From assembly GCF_000737315.1 (NCBI RefSeq), contig NZ_JMCB01000013.1, forward strand, positions 20,001 through 268,000: DNA of 248,000 bases, written 5' to 3'. The stretch comes from Hyalangium minutum (GTDB taxonomy: Bacteria; Myxococcota; Myxococcia; Myxococcales; Myxococcaceae). Of the stretch, positions 60,025-70,833 are shown in pieces (the first letter of the stretch is position 1; each line of letters opens with the position of its first letter). Made by a program: the position numbers and the translations under genes. The notes beneath the pieces are model-generated. The model was not told the DNA's origin and did no database searches. It worked only from the letters and a program-made list of their open reading frames with translations.

Positions 60025-61107
60025 TCAGCGCGACGTGAAGGGCTTCACGTCGGTCTCGATGGAGTTCTGGAGCTTGCGGATGGCGACCTGCGCGGCCTCG
60101 ATCTCGTCCGCCGCGTTCGGATTCTTGATGGACTCGCGGAACGGCTCGGGGATCTTCGCGAGCGCCTCAATGGCGGCGGTGATCTCCTGGCGGATGCGGG
60201 CGTCGACCTCGGGCTTCTCGGACTTCACCAGCGCCGACAGCGTGTGCTCGCTCGGGGTCGCGCCCGGCAGGCGGCCCAGGTAGACGTTCTCCACACTGCG
60301 GATGTTGTTGGAGAAGTCAGACAGCGAGTTGTAGGCGAACTGGCTCTCCACCAGCTCCGGATCCTTCGCGTCGTACGGGTCGGCGATCTTCCCGTTCGCC
60401 ACCTCGTCCAGGATGTTGATCATGCCGCCGACCATCTCCTGGGCCGCGGTCTCCACGGAGGGATAGGCGGTGTTGCCCGCCGTGCCCGCTCCGGCCAGCA
60501 CGTCCCGGTACGGCAGGCGGCCGTCCACGGACTGGGTCCACGCGTTCGACAGCGCGGCGCCGATGTTCTTCAGCTCGGCGGAGATGGCCTTCAGGTAGTC
60601 GAACTGGCGCTGGTTGAAGTCCGACACCTTCTTGGTGCGGCCCTCGTCGAAGAGGAGGTACTCCATCGTGTGGAAGCCCTTCTGCGTCTCCTGGAGGGTG
60701 CTCACGTAGCCCGGGGTGAAGTCGTCATTGCTGGCCAGGACCGCGTCCAGGTCCGAGCGGTTCACCGGCCAGCTGTCCAGCGCCGGGTCGTAGCCGTACG
60801 AGTCCACGGGTCCGAACAGGAAGCCCTCGCTCTGCTCCCAGGGCGTGCGCGCGGCGAACCAGGCCTCCTGGGCCGCGGTGAGCTTCGCCTGAGTGGGATC
60901 GGCGATGAGTGCATTCACCGCCACATCCAGCGCGTTCAGCCGCGTGGACAGCTGCTGGTAGGTGGGTACCACCACGTCATCCGCGAGGTGGTTGATGATC
61001 TGCGGATCGAACGCGTGCTGGGACTGCTCTCCGTCATCGGCGCAGGCGGACAGCGCCAGCGCGCCGGCGAGGGTGAGGACACGGAAGGGGAGACGGGTGA
61101 GCTTCAT
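60025..61107 (-). CDS. Imelysin family iron-uptake lipoprotein (IrpA-like)
   Basis: Lipobox LSAC; KGFHTMEYLLF (GxHxxE). Confidence 0.88.
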   Translation of the reverse strand: MKLTRLPFRVLTLAGALALSACADDGEQSQHAFDPQIINHLADDVVVPTYQQLSTRLNALDVAVNALIADPTQAKLTAAQEAWFAARTPWEQSEGFLFGPVDSYGYDPALDSWPVNRSDLDAVLASNDDFTPGYVSTLQETQKGFHTMEYLLFDEGRTKKVSDFNQRQFDYLKAISAELKNIGAALSNAWTQSVDGRLPYRDVLAGAGTAGNTAYPSVETAAQEMVGGMINILDEVANGKIADPYDAKDPELVESQFAYNSLSDFSNNIRSVENVYLGRLPGATPSEHTLSALVKSEKPEVDARIRQEITAAIEALAKIPEPFRESIKNPNAADEIEAAQVAIRKLQNSIETDVKPFTSR

Positions 61108-61134
61108 GTGAGGAACCTCCTGGGAGCGGTGAAG

Positions 61135-62547
61135 TCAGTAAGAGAAGCCGGTGGAGACACGGACTGTGTTCTCCGGACGGAAGCGTGAGGAGTCGCCGAG
61201 GCGGCGGTGGCTGAAGTCGAGCTTCCCGAAGCCCATTCCCGCCAGGGTGTACGCCGCGCCGACCGTGTAGATGGAGCGTTCAAAGCGCGCGTTGTCGAAG
61301 AGCTCCGTGCGCGGTTTCACAATCGAGTCCGCGTAGTCGAAGCGGACGTAGGGCTCGAGCCGGTGGGCCTCGCTCAGTCCCAGGCGCGGGGCGATGTCGA
61401 AGCCCAGCTCGGCCCAGACGGCCAGTGCGTGGTCGGCCACGGGCGTGCGCGGCACGTTGAGAAAGTTGGACAGACGCGCGTTGCGCGCGGAGATGGCCCC
61501 CGCGTTCTGCAAGTAGCCCCACATCGCCAGCGCCTTGGCGCGCCACGGGCCCTGCTCCAGCGACAGGTGCGCGTCCAGCAGCAGCAGCGGCGCGGACACA
61601 TAGCCGCAGGGCGCCACGTCACGCGGGTTGCCGTCCTCGCACAGCTTCAGGAGGTCCGGCTTGGGACGGTTGCGCGTCGAGTCCCCGTAGTACCCCGAAG
61701 CCCCGAAGACGAGCCCGTCGAAGCGGGTGACGTCCGCACGCAGCACGGCGGCGAGGTCCGTCGCGCGGACCATCTCGAAGCGGCGCTGGTGCCCCTCGGC
61801 CACCCAGCGCTGCGAGCTGAAGGCGGTGGAGTCCAGCCCGTTCACCACCTGCGCCGTGAGCTGCATGCCGCCCACCTTCGCGACGGCCTGCAGCCCCATC
61901 TCGTCCCACGTGTTGGGGATGATCAGCGTCTCGGCCTCCGAGCGGATCGTCCCCAGGTACTGGGTCGGGCGGTAGAACGCGCTCAGCGTCCCCACCGCCA
62001 CGTAGAAGCGCCCGAGCGACACGGCGAAGTGCTCGCCGAACTCCTTCTTCAGGTAGAGCTCCTCGATGAGGACCTCGCCGCCCTTGTCCACCTCTTGCTC
62101 GAACTCGCCGAACTCCTCGTACTCGAGCTCCATCGCCGAGCCGGTGCCGCCGTGCTCGAACTCCACCTCCACCTCGGCCTCGATCCCGTACTCGGGCAGG
62201 CCGCCCTCCACTTCCAGCACCACCCGCGTCGTGTCGAACGTCAGCCGCGAGTCCTTCTGTGCGCCGCCCTCGCGGTTCTGGTTCAGCCCGTGGTTGTAGT
62301 AGGCGAACTGCAGATCCGCGTACCCGCCGACCGCCACCTTCAGCTTCGGGCGCTTCTTCTTGTGCTCGTCCTCCTCGTCCTCGTCCCGGTCCTCGTCCTT
62401 GTGGACCTTGGCCTGACGGTACTCCTGGGCCTCGCGGCGCTCCTGGGCTTCCTTCTCTTCCTCCTCGCGCTCCTCGGCGCGGGAGACGAAGGGCGAGAAC
62501 AGGGTGACGGCACACAGCAGGGCGGAGAAGAGGATGGAGGGGCGCAT
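61135..62547 (-). CDS. Outer-membrane beta-barrel/porin
   Basis: Signal peptide, amphipathic strands, terminal aromatic residues. Confidence 0.75.
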   Translation of the reverse strand: MRPSILFSALLCAVTLFSPFVSRAEEREEEEKEAQERREAQEYRQAKVHKDEDRDEDEEDEHKKKRPKLKVAVGGYADLQFAYYNHGLNQNREGGAQKDSRLTFDTTRVVLEVEGGLPEYGIEAEVEVEFEHGGTGSAMELEYEEFGEFEQEVDKGGEVLIEELYLKKEFGEHFAVSLGRFYVAVGTLSAFYRPTQYLGTIRSEAETLIIPNTWDEMGLQAVAKVGGMQLTAQVVNGLDSTAFSSQRWVAEGHQRRFEMVRATDLAAVLRADVTRFDGLVFGASGYYGDSTRNRPKPDLLKLCEDGNPRDVAPCGYVSAPLLLLDAHLSLEQGPWRAKALAMWGYLQNAGAISARNARLSNFLNVPRTPVADHALAVWAELGFDIAPRLGLSEAHRLEPYVRFDYADSIVKPRTELFDNARFERSIYTVGAAYTLAGMGFGKLDFSHRRLGDSSRFRPENTVRVSTGFSY

Positions 62548-62574
62548 CGATCGGCGCGCACCCTAGCCAGGAAG

Positions 62575-62603
62575 AATTTGATTTTGCAAATCGGAATCAA
62601 TTT
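62575..62603. promoter_or_regulatory. AT-rich palindrome TTGATT-N11-AATCAA, candidate Fur-type box
   Basis: About 30 bp upstream of the porin-imelysin-DHOR operon. Confidence 0.45.
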
Positions 62604-62675
62604 GAGCGCAAAAAGCTCCCCCTGTAGCGGGGGAGCAGGGGAGCGAGGCCTACAGCAGGCAGCCGAGCGAGGCGG

Positions 62676-63569
62676 CTACCACTTGAGCTCTTCCTTGCCC
62701 TGGGCGCGCTTCTCCTTTTCACCAGGGCGCGAGTAGGCAGTGAGGGTGGCGCGCACGGCGCCCAGGTCGATGGTGCCCACGGCGACCAGGGGCAGGCGGC
62801 GCGCGTCGTCGGAGATCCACACGTGGATCTCGCGCTTCTGGCTGGGCCGATCCAGACGGACTGCGGTGCCGGTGAGGTACCAGGCGTCGAACTGGCCCAC
62901 GGGCAGCGAGACGCGCTCGCGCTTCACCACCGTGCCGTTCAGCCGCCACAGCCGGCGGATGCCATACACGTCGAAGCAGAGGGGCAGGCCCTCCTTCATG
63001 GGCAGCTGGCGCATGAGGTAGATGGCGCCCGCCACGTCCAAGCCGTCCTTGTCATAGGTGTAGTTGAAGTGGCCGGCTCGCTGGCCCATGACGAAGTCCA
63101 CCTTCACGGAGCGATCCTTGGCGCCGAAGGCCACGTCCACCTTGCGGCGGACCTCGTTCTCGGTGGCGTCCTCGGTGTAGCGCGAGGGCCGCAGCGTCTT
63201 CGGGTGGAGGTAGCTGGTCCCCACGCCCTGCACCCGGCGCACCTTGGAGAAGAAGGTGTTGGTCTGCGCCTCGATGGACACCGGCAGGGTGCCCTTCTCG
63301 GGGCGCTGGACGCGCATGGTCATCTTTCCGGCCTGGGCACCCAGCGCGTCCAGATCGAACTCGAGCTGCTCGCCAGGCATGAAGGCGATGGGCGTGTACA
63401 GCGCGGGCAGCGCGGCAGGGCACGCGGGCACGGGGGCGGCGGGCTCCGCCGGCGGAGCGGTGTCCTGGCCTACGGGCACCTCCTGGCCCTGAGGCTCGGG
63501 GCCGTCGGGCACCTGAGCGAAGGCGGCGGATGCGGCGAGGGCGAGGCAAGCCACGAGAACGTTGCGCAT
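62676..63569 (-). CDS. DUF3108 family protein
   Basis: GEQLEF.L, W.SDDARRLP. Confidence 0.8.
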   Translation of the reverse strand: MRNVLVACLALAASAAFAQVPDGPEPQGQEVPVGQDTAPPAEPAAPVPACPAALPALYTPIAFMPGEQLEFDLDALGAQAGKMTMRVQRPEKGTLPVSIEAQTNTFFSKVRRVQGVGTSYLHPKTLRPSRYTEDATENEVRRKVDVAFGAKDRSVKVDFVMGQRAGHFNYTYDKDGLDVAGAIYLMRQLPMKEGLPLCFDVYGIRRLWRLNGTVVKRERVSLPVGQFDAWYLTGTAVRLDRPSQKREIHVWISDDARRLPLVAVGTIDLGAVRATLTAYSRPGEKEKRAQGKEELKW

Positions 63570-63613
63570 GGAGGTCATCCGTCTTTGGGAGATGGGCGGA
63601 GCAGCGGGTGGTT

Positions 63614-65281
63614 TCAACGTCGGACGCCAGGACGCTTCGCATATTCGGAGGCGTCCCAGCGCTTGCGCAGTTGGGCTGTCAGGTTGTGTCGGACCTGCTC
63701 CCATGTTGCGACATTCTGTTCAATTTCATAGCCCGAGCGGGCGAGCCGCCGAGCGAAGGCCCGAGCGGGCTCCGCGTCCCCAAGCCGGGCGAGCAGGTGC
63801 AGGTACTCATAGTCTTCGAGCCCATCGCGGATGTGCTTGAGGCGCAAGGACACCACGGGTTGTGGCTCCTTTGTCCCGAGGCGCTCCGGCGTGCCGGGAT
63901 AGAAGAGGGTGCCGTCGCCGTTGCCGCCGAACTCGAAGACGCCCTGCCATGGATCCTGCGTGTTGTAGGCGTAGACGGTGTCGAAATAGAGCTCGCCGTC
64001 CACACCGGTGAGGAAGGCCAGCGGCCCCATGCTGCGGTTGAGCGGGGCAGGGTGGTCCACCATATAGGAGGCCCAGCCGGTATAGGCGCGCTCCACCGCC
64101 GGATCCTCGGCGGGGCCGCCGGTGCAGCCATGGGAGTTGCAGCTCTGGTACCACCACACCCGCGTCCCGGAGCGCAGCTTCGAGCGCAGCTTGGAGAGGG
64201 GCACCACGTTCGGGCACGTCTCCAGCTCCCAGCGAGGGAAGAAGCAGTTGAGCGTGGGCGCGAGGATGTCCGCGCTGCTCTGAATGCCATCATGCAGCGC
64301 CGAAGTGACGAGCACCGGGATGTCCTTGCCTGCAGCCTTCACCCGAGAGGCCTGCGTGCGCACCAAGGCCATCTCCTCCGGCTTCGGCTCGTCTTTGGCG
64401 TAGAAGAAGAGCTGCGCGGACCAGCCCTTGCTGCGGAAATGCTCGGCGAAGGCGCGGTAGTACGCCACCTTCTCCTGCTCGGTCTTGCACTGCGAAGAGT
64501 CGCGCACGTCGGCGGTGGTGAAGCGGGCCCCCGAGGGCAGCGCGGTTCCTTCGAAGAACGGCGCCATCTCCTCGTCATACGCGCTGAAGTCCACCACCGC
64601 GCGGCCGTCCTCGAAGCGCACCGGCGGCGCGTTCATGCTCATGCCGTACGCGCTCAGGCGGTGCTGCAGCAGGGCCTTCCCGTAGGCGCGCAGCAGCGTC
64701 ATCGCCTCGGGAGACTCCGGAGCGAGCTTGTGCCCCCGGGCGATGCTGTAGAGCGAGATGCCAAAGCTCGTGGGCAGCGAGGACGTGGCGGGCAGCGCGA
64801 AGGGCTGGACCTCCACCGTGAAGGGCACTGGCGCCACCGCGCCATCGTCCGCCTTCACGCTCAGCTCACCCCGGTAGGTGCCCGGCTTCTGCTCCGTGGG
64901 CGCGCACACCTCCACGTAGAGCACAGCGGGCAGCTTGGGGTCTCCGGGCACGTTCACGGGCAGCAGTGGATCCGGCCAGAACCCCTTCGCTCCCATGCTG
65001 TTGGAGGGCGTCTTCACCTCGATGAAGCCCTCGCGCCACAGCGAGGCGGAGAGCGCGGAGCCCGGCCCCTTGAGCGTGAGCGGCTTCGCCGTCACCTGGC
65101 GGACGTTGCCGGGGAGGACCACCTGCGTGCCCTCGCACTCGCCTCGGGCCAGGCTCAGCTGGGCCTCGGTGGAGCCCTTGAGCGTGACGCCCGGCCGCAC
65201 CTTCACCAGCGGAGACACCACCTTCGGCCCCGGAGATGCCGCCAGGGCCGCCATCACCACCCACGCCCATCCCGCTCCCAT
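63614..65281 (-). CDS. DUF4091 glycoside hydrolase-like protein
   Basis: DEP, GDGTLFYPG, SLRLKHIRDGLEDYEYL. Confidence 0.82.
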   Translation of the reverse strand: MGAGWAWVVMAALAASPGPKVVSPLVKVRPGVTLKGSTEAQLSLARGECEGTQVVLPGNVRQVTAKPLTLKGPGSALSASLWREGFIEVKTPSNSMGAKGFWPDPLLPVNVPGDPKLPAVLYVEVCAPTEQKPGTYRGELSVKADDGAVAPVPFTVEVQPFALPATSSLPTSFGISLYSIARGHKLAPESPEAMTLLRAYGKALLQHRLSAYGMSMNAPPVRFEDGRAVVDFSAYDEEMAPFFEGTALPSGARFTTADVRDSSQCKTEQEKVAYYRAFAEHFRSKGWSAQLFFYAKDEPKPEEMALVRTQASRVKAAGKDIPVLVTSALHDGIQSSADILAPTLNCFFPRWELETCPNVVPLSKLRSKLRSGTRVWWYQSCNSHGCTGGPAEDPAVERAYTGWASYMVDHPAPLNRSMGPLAFLTGVDGELYFDTVYAYNTQDPWQGVFEFGGNGDGTLFYPGTPERLGTKEPQPVVSLRLKHIRDGLEDYEYLHLLARLGDAEPARAFARRLARSGYEIEQNVATWEQVRHNLTAQLRKRWDASEYAKRPGVRR

Positions 65282-65311
65282 ATCTCCACCTTCCGCGGCC
65301 AGGCCGCCCGT

Positions 65312-66094
65312 CTAGTCGTTCATCGCCATCATGCGGCCCTGCTTGTACTCGGCGAGGTCCGCCACAATGGTTCCCAGCACGAAGTCCGCCTCGATGCGCA
65401 CGGGCAGGTGGCTGCGGTCCGTCGTCAGGTAGGCCACGATGTCGCGTTTGGCCTGCAGTCCACCGGCGAACTCCGTCTGGAGCTTCAGGCGGAAGACCTC
65501 CCGCTCGCCCAGCGCCGTCTTCAGCATCTGCCGGCCTTCCACCTTGGCCTTCAGCATGAAGTGCTTCGAGCCCGTGAACACCGGATAGATGTACTCCTGG
65601 CCGTCCTGGATACCCCGGCTGCGCAGTGCGAACGTCGCGCCTGCGAGATCCATGGCACCCTCGGGCAGCTCGTGGGTGGCCTCCACGGGGGCGGCGCCCT
65701 CCTTCTGCCGGACGACGTGCGCGGTGCGCGTGTCCTTCATCTGGATGCGCTGGCGGCGGCGCTTGTTGTTCTCGTCCACGAAGAAGTCACTGCCCACCGA
65801 GCGCTGCCCCTCCTCGTGCCAGTACGAGACGAACTTATCCTTGATGGGCCACACGCCGACGACCGGGTCCGTCTTGGCCAGCGACACGATGGGCCACACC
65901 TGTTGGCCCCACTGCTTCATGGGCGCACCCACGGTGATCTGCGCCGTGCCCGCCGTCACCCCCAGGTACTGCACGCGATAGAGCGCCTGCTCTCCGGGCG
66001 CGAACGCCGGAGTCTCTGCCTGCGCCAGGGCGACACTGGAAAACATCATCCCGGACAGCAGGCCCATGAAGGCACCCTTGAACCGCGTCTGCAT
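65312..66094 (-). CDS. DUF3108 family protein
   Basis: PGEQALY.V, YLTTDRSHLPV. Confidence 0.8.
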   Translation of the reverse strand: MQTRFKGAFMGLLSGMMFSSVALAQAETPAFAPGEQALYRVQYLGVTAGTAQITVGAPMKQWGQQVWPIVSLAKTDPVVGVWPIKDKFVSYWHEEGQRSVGSDFFVDENNKRRRQRIQMKDTRTAHVVRQKEGAAPVEATHELPEGAMDLAGATFALRSRGIQDGQEYIYPVFTGSKHFMLKAKVEGRQMLKTALGEREVFRLKLQTEFAGGLQAKRDIVAYLTTDRSHLPVRIEADFVLGTIVADLAEYKQGRMMAMND

Positions 66095-66356
66095 ATTGGA
66101 CTCCCAAGGTAGGTAGCCGGACTTCCTGCCGCCAAGGTGCCCCATCCAATCCCTTCCCACTGGCGTGCAATTCCCTGGACGCGCGCACCCCCCCACCATT
66201 CAAAGGCGAGCACTCCCTGGGTAGGCAAGAGTCGCACAGACGCGCCAAGAGTGCCTACCCCCCCATCTACCGAGCGTGGAGCCAAGGGCGCGGCACTGCT
66301 AGCGTGGGCCTCACGGGATGCGGTGCGCCGCAACCCCGCAGAGGAGAGTGGACTCC

Positions 66357-66572
66357 ATGCAGGACTACGGCAGCTTCGACGACGACGACGACAAGAAGGG
66401 CAAGGGCAAGTCGGGCAAGGCCATCAAGGACTGGGACTGTCCCACGTGCGAGGCCAACAACCCGACGGATGAGCCCATCAGCAACAGCTCGGAACTGCGC
66501 TGCAACTACTGCGGCAACGAGTTCACGGTGTCTTTCAGCGACACCGGCAAGATGAAGTTCAAGGAAATATAG
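66357..66572 (+). CDS. Small zinc-ribbon protein
   Basis: WDCPTC...RCNYC. Confidence 0.7.
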   Translation: MQDYGSFDDDDDKKGKGKSGKAIKDWDCPTCEANNPTDEPISNSSELRCNYCGNEFTVSFSDTGKMKFKEI

Positions 66573-66584
66573 AGCGCTCGGCGC

Positions 66585-67250
66585 TTACGACCGCTCGCCA
66601 AAGATGGCGGTGCCCACGCGCACCAGCGTGGCACCCTCTTCGATGGCGAGCTCGAAGTCGTGCGTCGTCCCCATGGACAGGCCCGCGAGCCCGTGCGCGC
66701 GGGCCAGCTCGCGCAGTTGCCGGAAGTAGCCGCGCGCCTGCTCCAGGTTCTCCGTGGGCGGAGGGAGCGCCATCAGCCCCTCCATTCGCAGGCCGGGCAG
66801 GGCACGCACCGCCTCCAGGAACGGCCCCAGCGCCTCGGGCTGCAGCCCGCTCTTGGTCTGCTCGCCGCCCACGTTCACCTCGGCATAGCAGGCCAAGGGA
66901 GCGTCGGCCCGGCGCTTGGAGAGCTCCTGCGCCACCTCCAGCCTGTCCAGCGCGTGGAAGGCGTGGGCCACCTTGGTCACGTACTTCACCTTGTTCGTCT
67001 GCAGCGGCCCGATGGAGTGCCAGCGCAGGCCCTCCAGGCCCGCCAGCTCTGCGGCCTTGTCCCGCAGCTCCTGCGCGTAGTTCTCCCCGAAGTCGCGCTG
67101 GCCCGCCTCGTACGCCTCGCGGATCAGCGCCGCGGGCTTGAGCTTGGACACCGCCACCAGCGTCACCGACTCCACCGGGCGCCCCGCGCGTGCGCACGCC
67201 GCGGCCACCCGGGTACGAATCTGAGACAGCCGCTCCGCCACTTCGCTCAT
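66585..67250 (-). CDS. yggS: YggS family PLP homeostasis protein
   Basis: [26 protein letters not shown]. Confidence 0.95.
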   Translation of the reverse strand: MSEVAERLSQIRTRVAAACARAGRPVESVTLVAVSKLKPAALIREAYEAGQRDFGENYAQELRDKAAELAGLEGLRWHSIGPLQTNKVKYVTKVAHAFHALDRLEVAQELSKRRADAPLACYAEVNVGGEQTKSGLQPEALGPFLEAVRALPGLRMEGLMALPPPTENLEQARGYFRQLRELARAHGLAGLSMGTTHDFELAIEEGATLVRVGTAIFGERS

Positions 67251-67843
67251 GGACCCCTCCAGGGCGTGGGAACGCCCGCGCGCATCAGGAGCTCGAGAGT
67301 TTCCCCCAGCGGTAGGCCGATGACGTTGGTCGGGCTGCCCTCGATGCCGGAGACGAGGAAGCTGCCCTTTCCCTGCATTCCGTAGGCCCCTGCCTTGTCC
67401 AGGGGCTCGCCGGTGTTCGCGTACCAGTCGATCTCCCCGGCGGACAGTGTCCGGAACGTGACGCCGGTGCGCACCACCATCGACTCCTGGGCTCTGCCGG
67501 CCAGTGCTACACCCGTGTAGACGGCGTGGGTGCGGCCAGAGAGTTGGGTGAGCATCTCCCGGGCCTCGGTGGGGCTGGAGGGCTTTCCGAGCAGCTCGGT
67601 GCCCAGGGCCACGGTGGTGTCGGCCGCCAGCACCCAGGTACCTGGGAAGCGCTCGGCCACGGTTCGGGCCTTCTCCCGGGCCAGTCGGAGCACGTAGACG
67701 TCGGCGGCCTCTCCCGGAAGGGGGGTCTCGTCGATGTCCGCGGCTGCGATTGTGAAGCGCAGCCCCAACTGGGAGAGCAGATCCCGCCGCCGGGGCGAGG
67801 CGGAAGCAAGGACGAGGGACGTAGATTCCTCTAGAGTGGGCAT
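67247..67843 (-). CDS. maf: Maf nucleotide pyrophosphatase
   Basis: [18 protein letters not shown]. Confidence 0.93.
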   Translation of the reverse strand: MPTLEESTSLVLASASPRRRDLLSQLGLRFTIAAADIDETPLPGEAADVYVLRLAREKARTVAERFPGTWVLAADTTVALGTELLGKPSSPTEAREMLTQLSGRTHAVYTGVALAGRAQESMVVRTGVTFRTLSAGEIDWYANTGEPLDKAGAYGMQGKGSFLVSGIEGSPTNVIGLPLGETLELLMRAGVPTPWRGP

Positions 67844-67894
67844 GGTGGAAGGCCTGAAGCCCTTAGCAGAACTGCGCCTCGGAGTGGACTCCCG

Positions 67895-68977
67895 ATGAAC
67901 CCCGCGGATCTCCTGTCAGCCATGAAGCGGACGGTGGAGCAGCTGGCCGCGTTCAACGAGATCGCCAAGGCGCTCACCTCCACGCTCGAGCTGAAGGAGG
68001 TGCTCAACCTCGTGATGCAGAAGGTGAGTGACCTGCTCCAGCCGCGCAACTGGTCGCTCATCCTCCTGGACGAGAACACCGGCAAGCTCTCCTTCGAGGT
68101 GGCCGTCGGCGAGGGAGCCGAGGCCCTCAAGAATCTCCAGATCCTCCCGGGCGAGGGCATCGCCGGCACGGTGTACTCCACGGGCCGGGCGCGCCTGGTG
68201 GATGACGTGGGCGGCGATCCCGCCTTTGCCCCGCGCTTCGATCAGGCCTCCGCCTTCCGCACGCGCTCCATCCTGGCCGTGCCCCTCATCGCCCGCGGGC
68301 GGGTGCTCGGCGTCATCGAGCTGGTGAACGGCCCGAGGGATCCGCCGTTCTCCCAGGACGACCTGACCACGCTCACGGCCATCGCGGACTACGCGGCCAT
68401 TGCCATCGAGAACGCGCGCAACTTCCGCCGGGTGCAGGAGCTGACGATCACCGACGAGCACACCGGCTGCTACAACGCGCGGCACCTGCGCGCGCAGCTG
68501 GATCACGAGGTGCGGCGCTCGCAGCGCTTCCACCACCCGCTGTCGTTGGTGTTCCTGGATCTGGATCACTTCAAGGCCGTCAACGACACCCACGGGCACC
68601 TGGTGGGCAGCGCGCTGCTGAAGGAGGTGGGGGAGTTGCTGATCGCCTCCACGCGCCAGCTGGATCTGGTGTTCCGCTACGGCGGCGACGAGTTCGCGCT
68701 TCTGTTGGTGGAGACGGCTCCCGAGGGCGCGATGACCATCGCCACGCGCATCCGCGATGCGTTCCGCGCCCGTCGCTTCATGCAGTCCCATGGACTGGAG
68801 ATCCGGCTGACGGCGAGCCTGGGGGTGGCCACGTTCCCGGACCATGCGCGCTCCGCCACGGATTTGGTCCGAGCGGCCGACTTCGCCATGTACGCCGCCA
68901 AGGCCCAGGGCCGGAACGAGGTGTGCCTCGCCGAGCGCCTGTCCTCGGATCCCAGCGTGACACCGCCCACACGCTGA
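67895..68977 (+). CDS. GAF-GGDEF diguanylate cyclase
   Basis: RYGGDEF motif; GAF domain. Confidence 0.92.
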   Translation: MNPADLLSAMKRTVEQLAAFNEIAKALTSTLELKEVLNLVMQKVSDLLQPRNWSLILLDENTGKLSFEVAVGEGAEALKNLQILPGEGIAGTVYSTGRARLVDDVGGDPAFAPRFDQASAFRTRSILAVPLIARGRVLGVIELVNGPRDPPFSQDDLTTLTAIADYAAIAIENARNFRRVQELTITDEHTGCYNARHLRAQLDHEVRRSQRFHHPLSLVFLDLDHFKAVNDTHGHLVGSALLKEVGELLIASTRQLDLVFRYGGDEFALLLVETAPEGAMTIATRIRDAFRARRFMQSHGLEIRLTASLGVATFPDHARSATDLVRAADFAMYAAKAQGRNEVCLAERLSSDPSVTPPTR

Positions 68978-69088
68978 GTGTGGAAATCCCTAAGGCTGTC
69001 CTCTGAAGAACAGAAGCGTCAGCGCGCACCGATACTCTTTCGGGCAGGCTGGGGATTCCCCCTTGTCCGGCACCGAATGCGCGCATCC

Positions 69089-70744
69089 ATGGAACTCAAC
69101 TACGACGTCAAGAAGATCGAGATCAAACGACGGATCGCCGAGTGGGCTCGGCGGCCAGACTCTGACTTCACGCGCTTTCAGATCACGCGTCAGCAGGCGA
69201 TTGATCTCACCTGGGAGACCAGTGGAAGGCTCGTGTTCCCGTGGGATCCGGAATACGACCCGCTGCGCGCGGTAGCATACGTGAACTTCGAGAACGTTCG
69301 CCCGGCGGCCATCGGCGTCTGCGAGACGATGCACGACGTGCGGGCCTTCATGCGCTTCATCCGCGCACAGCGTGAGGTGAATCCGTCCTTCCGCTGGGTG
69401 CCTCGCTCTGGCGGGCACAGCACGGCGGGCTACTGCACCGTCGAGGGCGGGCTCATGCTGGACGTGCGCGGCCTGAATGACGTCTTCGTCCAGCCGCAGC
69501 GCAAGCTCGTGCACGTCGGCCCGGGCGTGCAGATGCGGGACTTCTACCGCGCCACGTATCCGTATGGCCTGTTCGCTCCGGCCGCCATCTGCCCGGATGT
69601 CCGCGTCGGCGGCATGATGCAGGGCGGTGGGTTCGGCTTCGCCTCGCGCATGTTCGGGATGAACTGCGACGCGGTGAGCGAGGTAGAGCTGGTGCTGGCC
69701 GATGGCCGCCCGGTGATTGCCAACGAGCTGAACAACCGCGATCTCTTCTGGGCGGTGCGCGGCGGCACGGGCAACCAGTTCGGCATCCTGACGCGGGTGA
69801 GCTACCGGCTCTCGCAGCTCTCCGAGGTGGGCGCCGTCCTGCTGCAGTTCAACCTGGGCACGGACGCGGAGGCGGCCCAGGGCGCCGCGGCGCTGGATCT
69901 GCTGCAGCGCAAGTTCATGGGCTCCAACCACGACCGCCGCCTGGGCTACCTGTGCGTCATCCAGCACGGTCCCAACTGGGCGGGCCCTTACCTGCTCGTG
70001 CGCGTGATGTACCGCGGCGACACGAGCGTGTGGCGCCAGATGCTGGGCGAGCTCATCGCCATGCCCGGCTGCCAGATTCAATGGGAGGCCCGGGGCTCGT
70101 ACTACTCCATGAACAACAAGCTCATGGGCTACGCGCAGGAGCCGGACACGCTGGGCGATGAGCTCACCACGCTCGCGACGGTGCCTCCGCAGGAGAAGCA
70201 GACGCGCTACTACGAGCGGCCGCTGGGCGTAGCGGCGTGGCGCCAGATGGTGGACCACATCCGCAGCGCGGCGACGACGCTCGCGTTTGCTCCGCAGATG
70301 GTCATCGAGCCCGCGGGCGGCGCCATCAACGAGCGCAGCCGCGGCTTCAACGCGTACATCCACCGGCGCGCCGACTTCAACACGTACCTCAATACCTACT
70401 GGGACACGCCGGCGGAGAAGTCCAAGGCGTTTACCTTCATGGACCGGTGGCTGGAGATTGGCCGCCCGTTCAGCAACGGCGAGGCGTACCAGAACTACCC
70501 GAAGCCCTATTACACGAACTGGGCGCGGCGGTACTGGGCCGAGTACTACCCGGTGCTCTGCCTCATCAAGCGCAAGTACGACCCGACCAACGTCTTCAGC
70601 TTCGAGCAGAGCATCGGCGCGGATGGCCAGCTCGCCAGCAGCTCCATCGGCGATATCTCCGAGCTCGTCCCGGACATCGCCCGCGCCCTGCGCAAGCCCG
70701 TCGTCCTCCCGGAAGAGATGGAGGAGGAGGACAGCGTGGCCTGA
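69089..70744 (+). CDS. FAD-linked oxidoreductase (berberine bridge enzyme-like)
   Basis: RSGGHS, LFWAVRGG, AYQNY, KRKYDPTNVF. Confidence 0.88.
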   Translation: MELNYDVKKIEIKRRIAEWARRPDSDFTRFQITRQQAIDLTWETSGRLVFPWDPEYDPLRAVAYVNFENVRPAAIGVCETMHDVRAFMRFIRAQREVNPSFRWVPRSGGHSTAGYCTVEGGLMLDVRGLNDVFVQPQRKLVHVGPGVQMRDFYRATYPYGLFAPAAICPDVRVGGMMQGGGFGFASRMFGMNCDAVSEVELVLADGRPVIANELNNRDLFWAVRGGTGNQFGILTRVSYRLSQLSEVGAVLLQFNLGTDAEAAQGAAALDLLQRKFMGSNHDRRLGYLCVIQHGPNWAGPYLLVRVMYRGDTSVWRQMLGELIAMPGCQIQWEARGSYYSMNNKLMGYAQEPDTLGDELTTLATVPPQEKQTRYYERPLGVAAWRQMVDHIRSAATTLAFAPQMVIEPAGGAINERSRGFNAYIHRRADFNTYLNTYWDTPAEKSKAFTFMDRWLEIGRPFSNGEAYQNYPKPYYTNWARRYWAEYYPVLCLIKRKYDPTNVFSFEQSIGADGQLASSSIGDISELVPDIARALRKPVVLPEEMEEEDSVA

Positions 70745-70774
70745 GGCCGCTCGAGGCCTGTTGCTTCGGACAAT

Positions 70775-70813
70775 AAAAAAGCCCGGTGGCGGCAGGGCCG
70801 CACCACCGGGCTT
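70775..70813 (-). terminator. Intrinsic terminator (probably bidirectional)
   Basis: GCCCGGTGG/CCACCGGGC stem next to an A run, between convergent genes. Confidence 0.65.
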
Positions 70814-70833
70814 CCCGCGCGAGCGGGGAGGAA

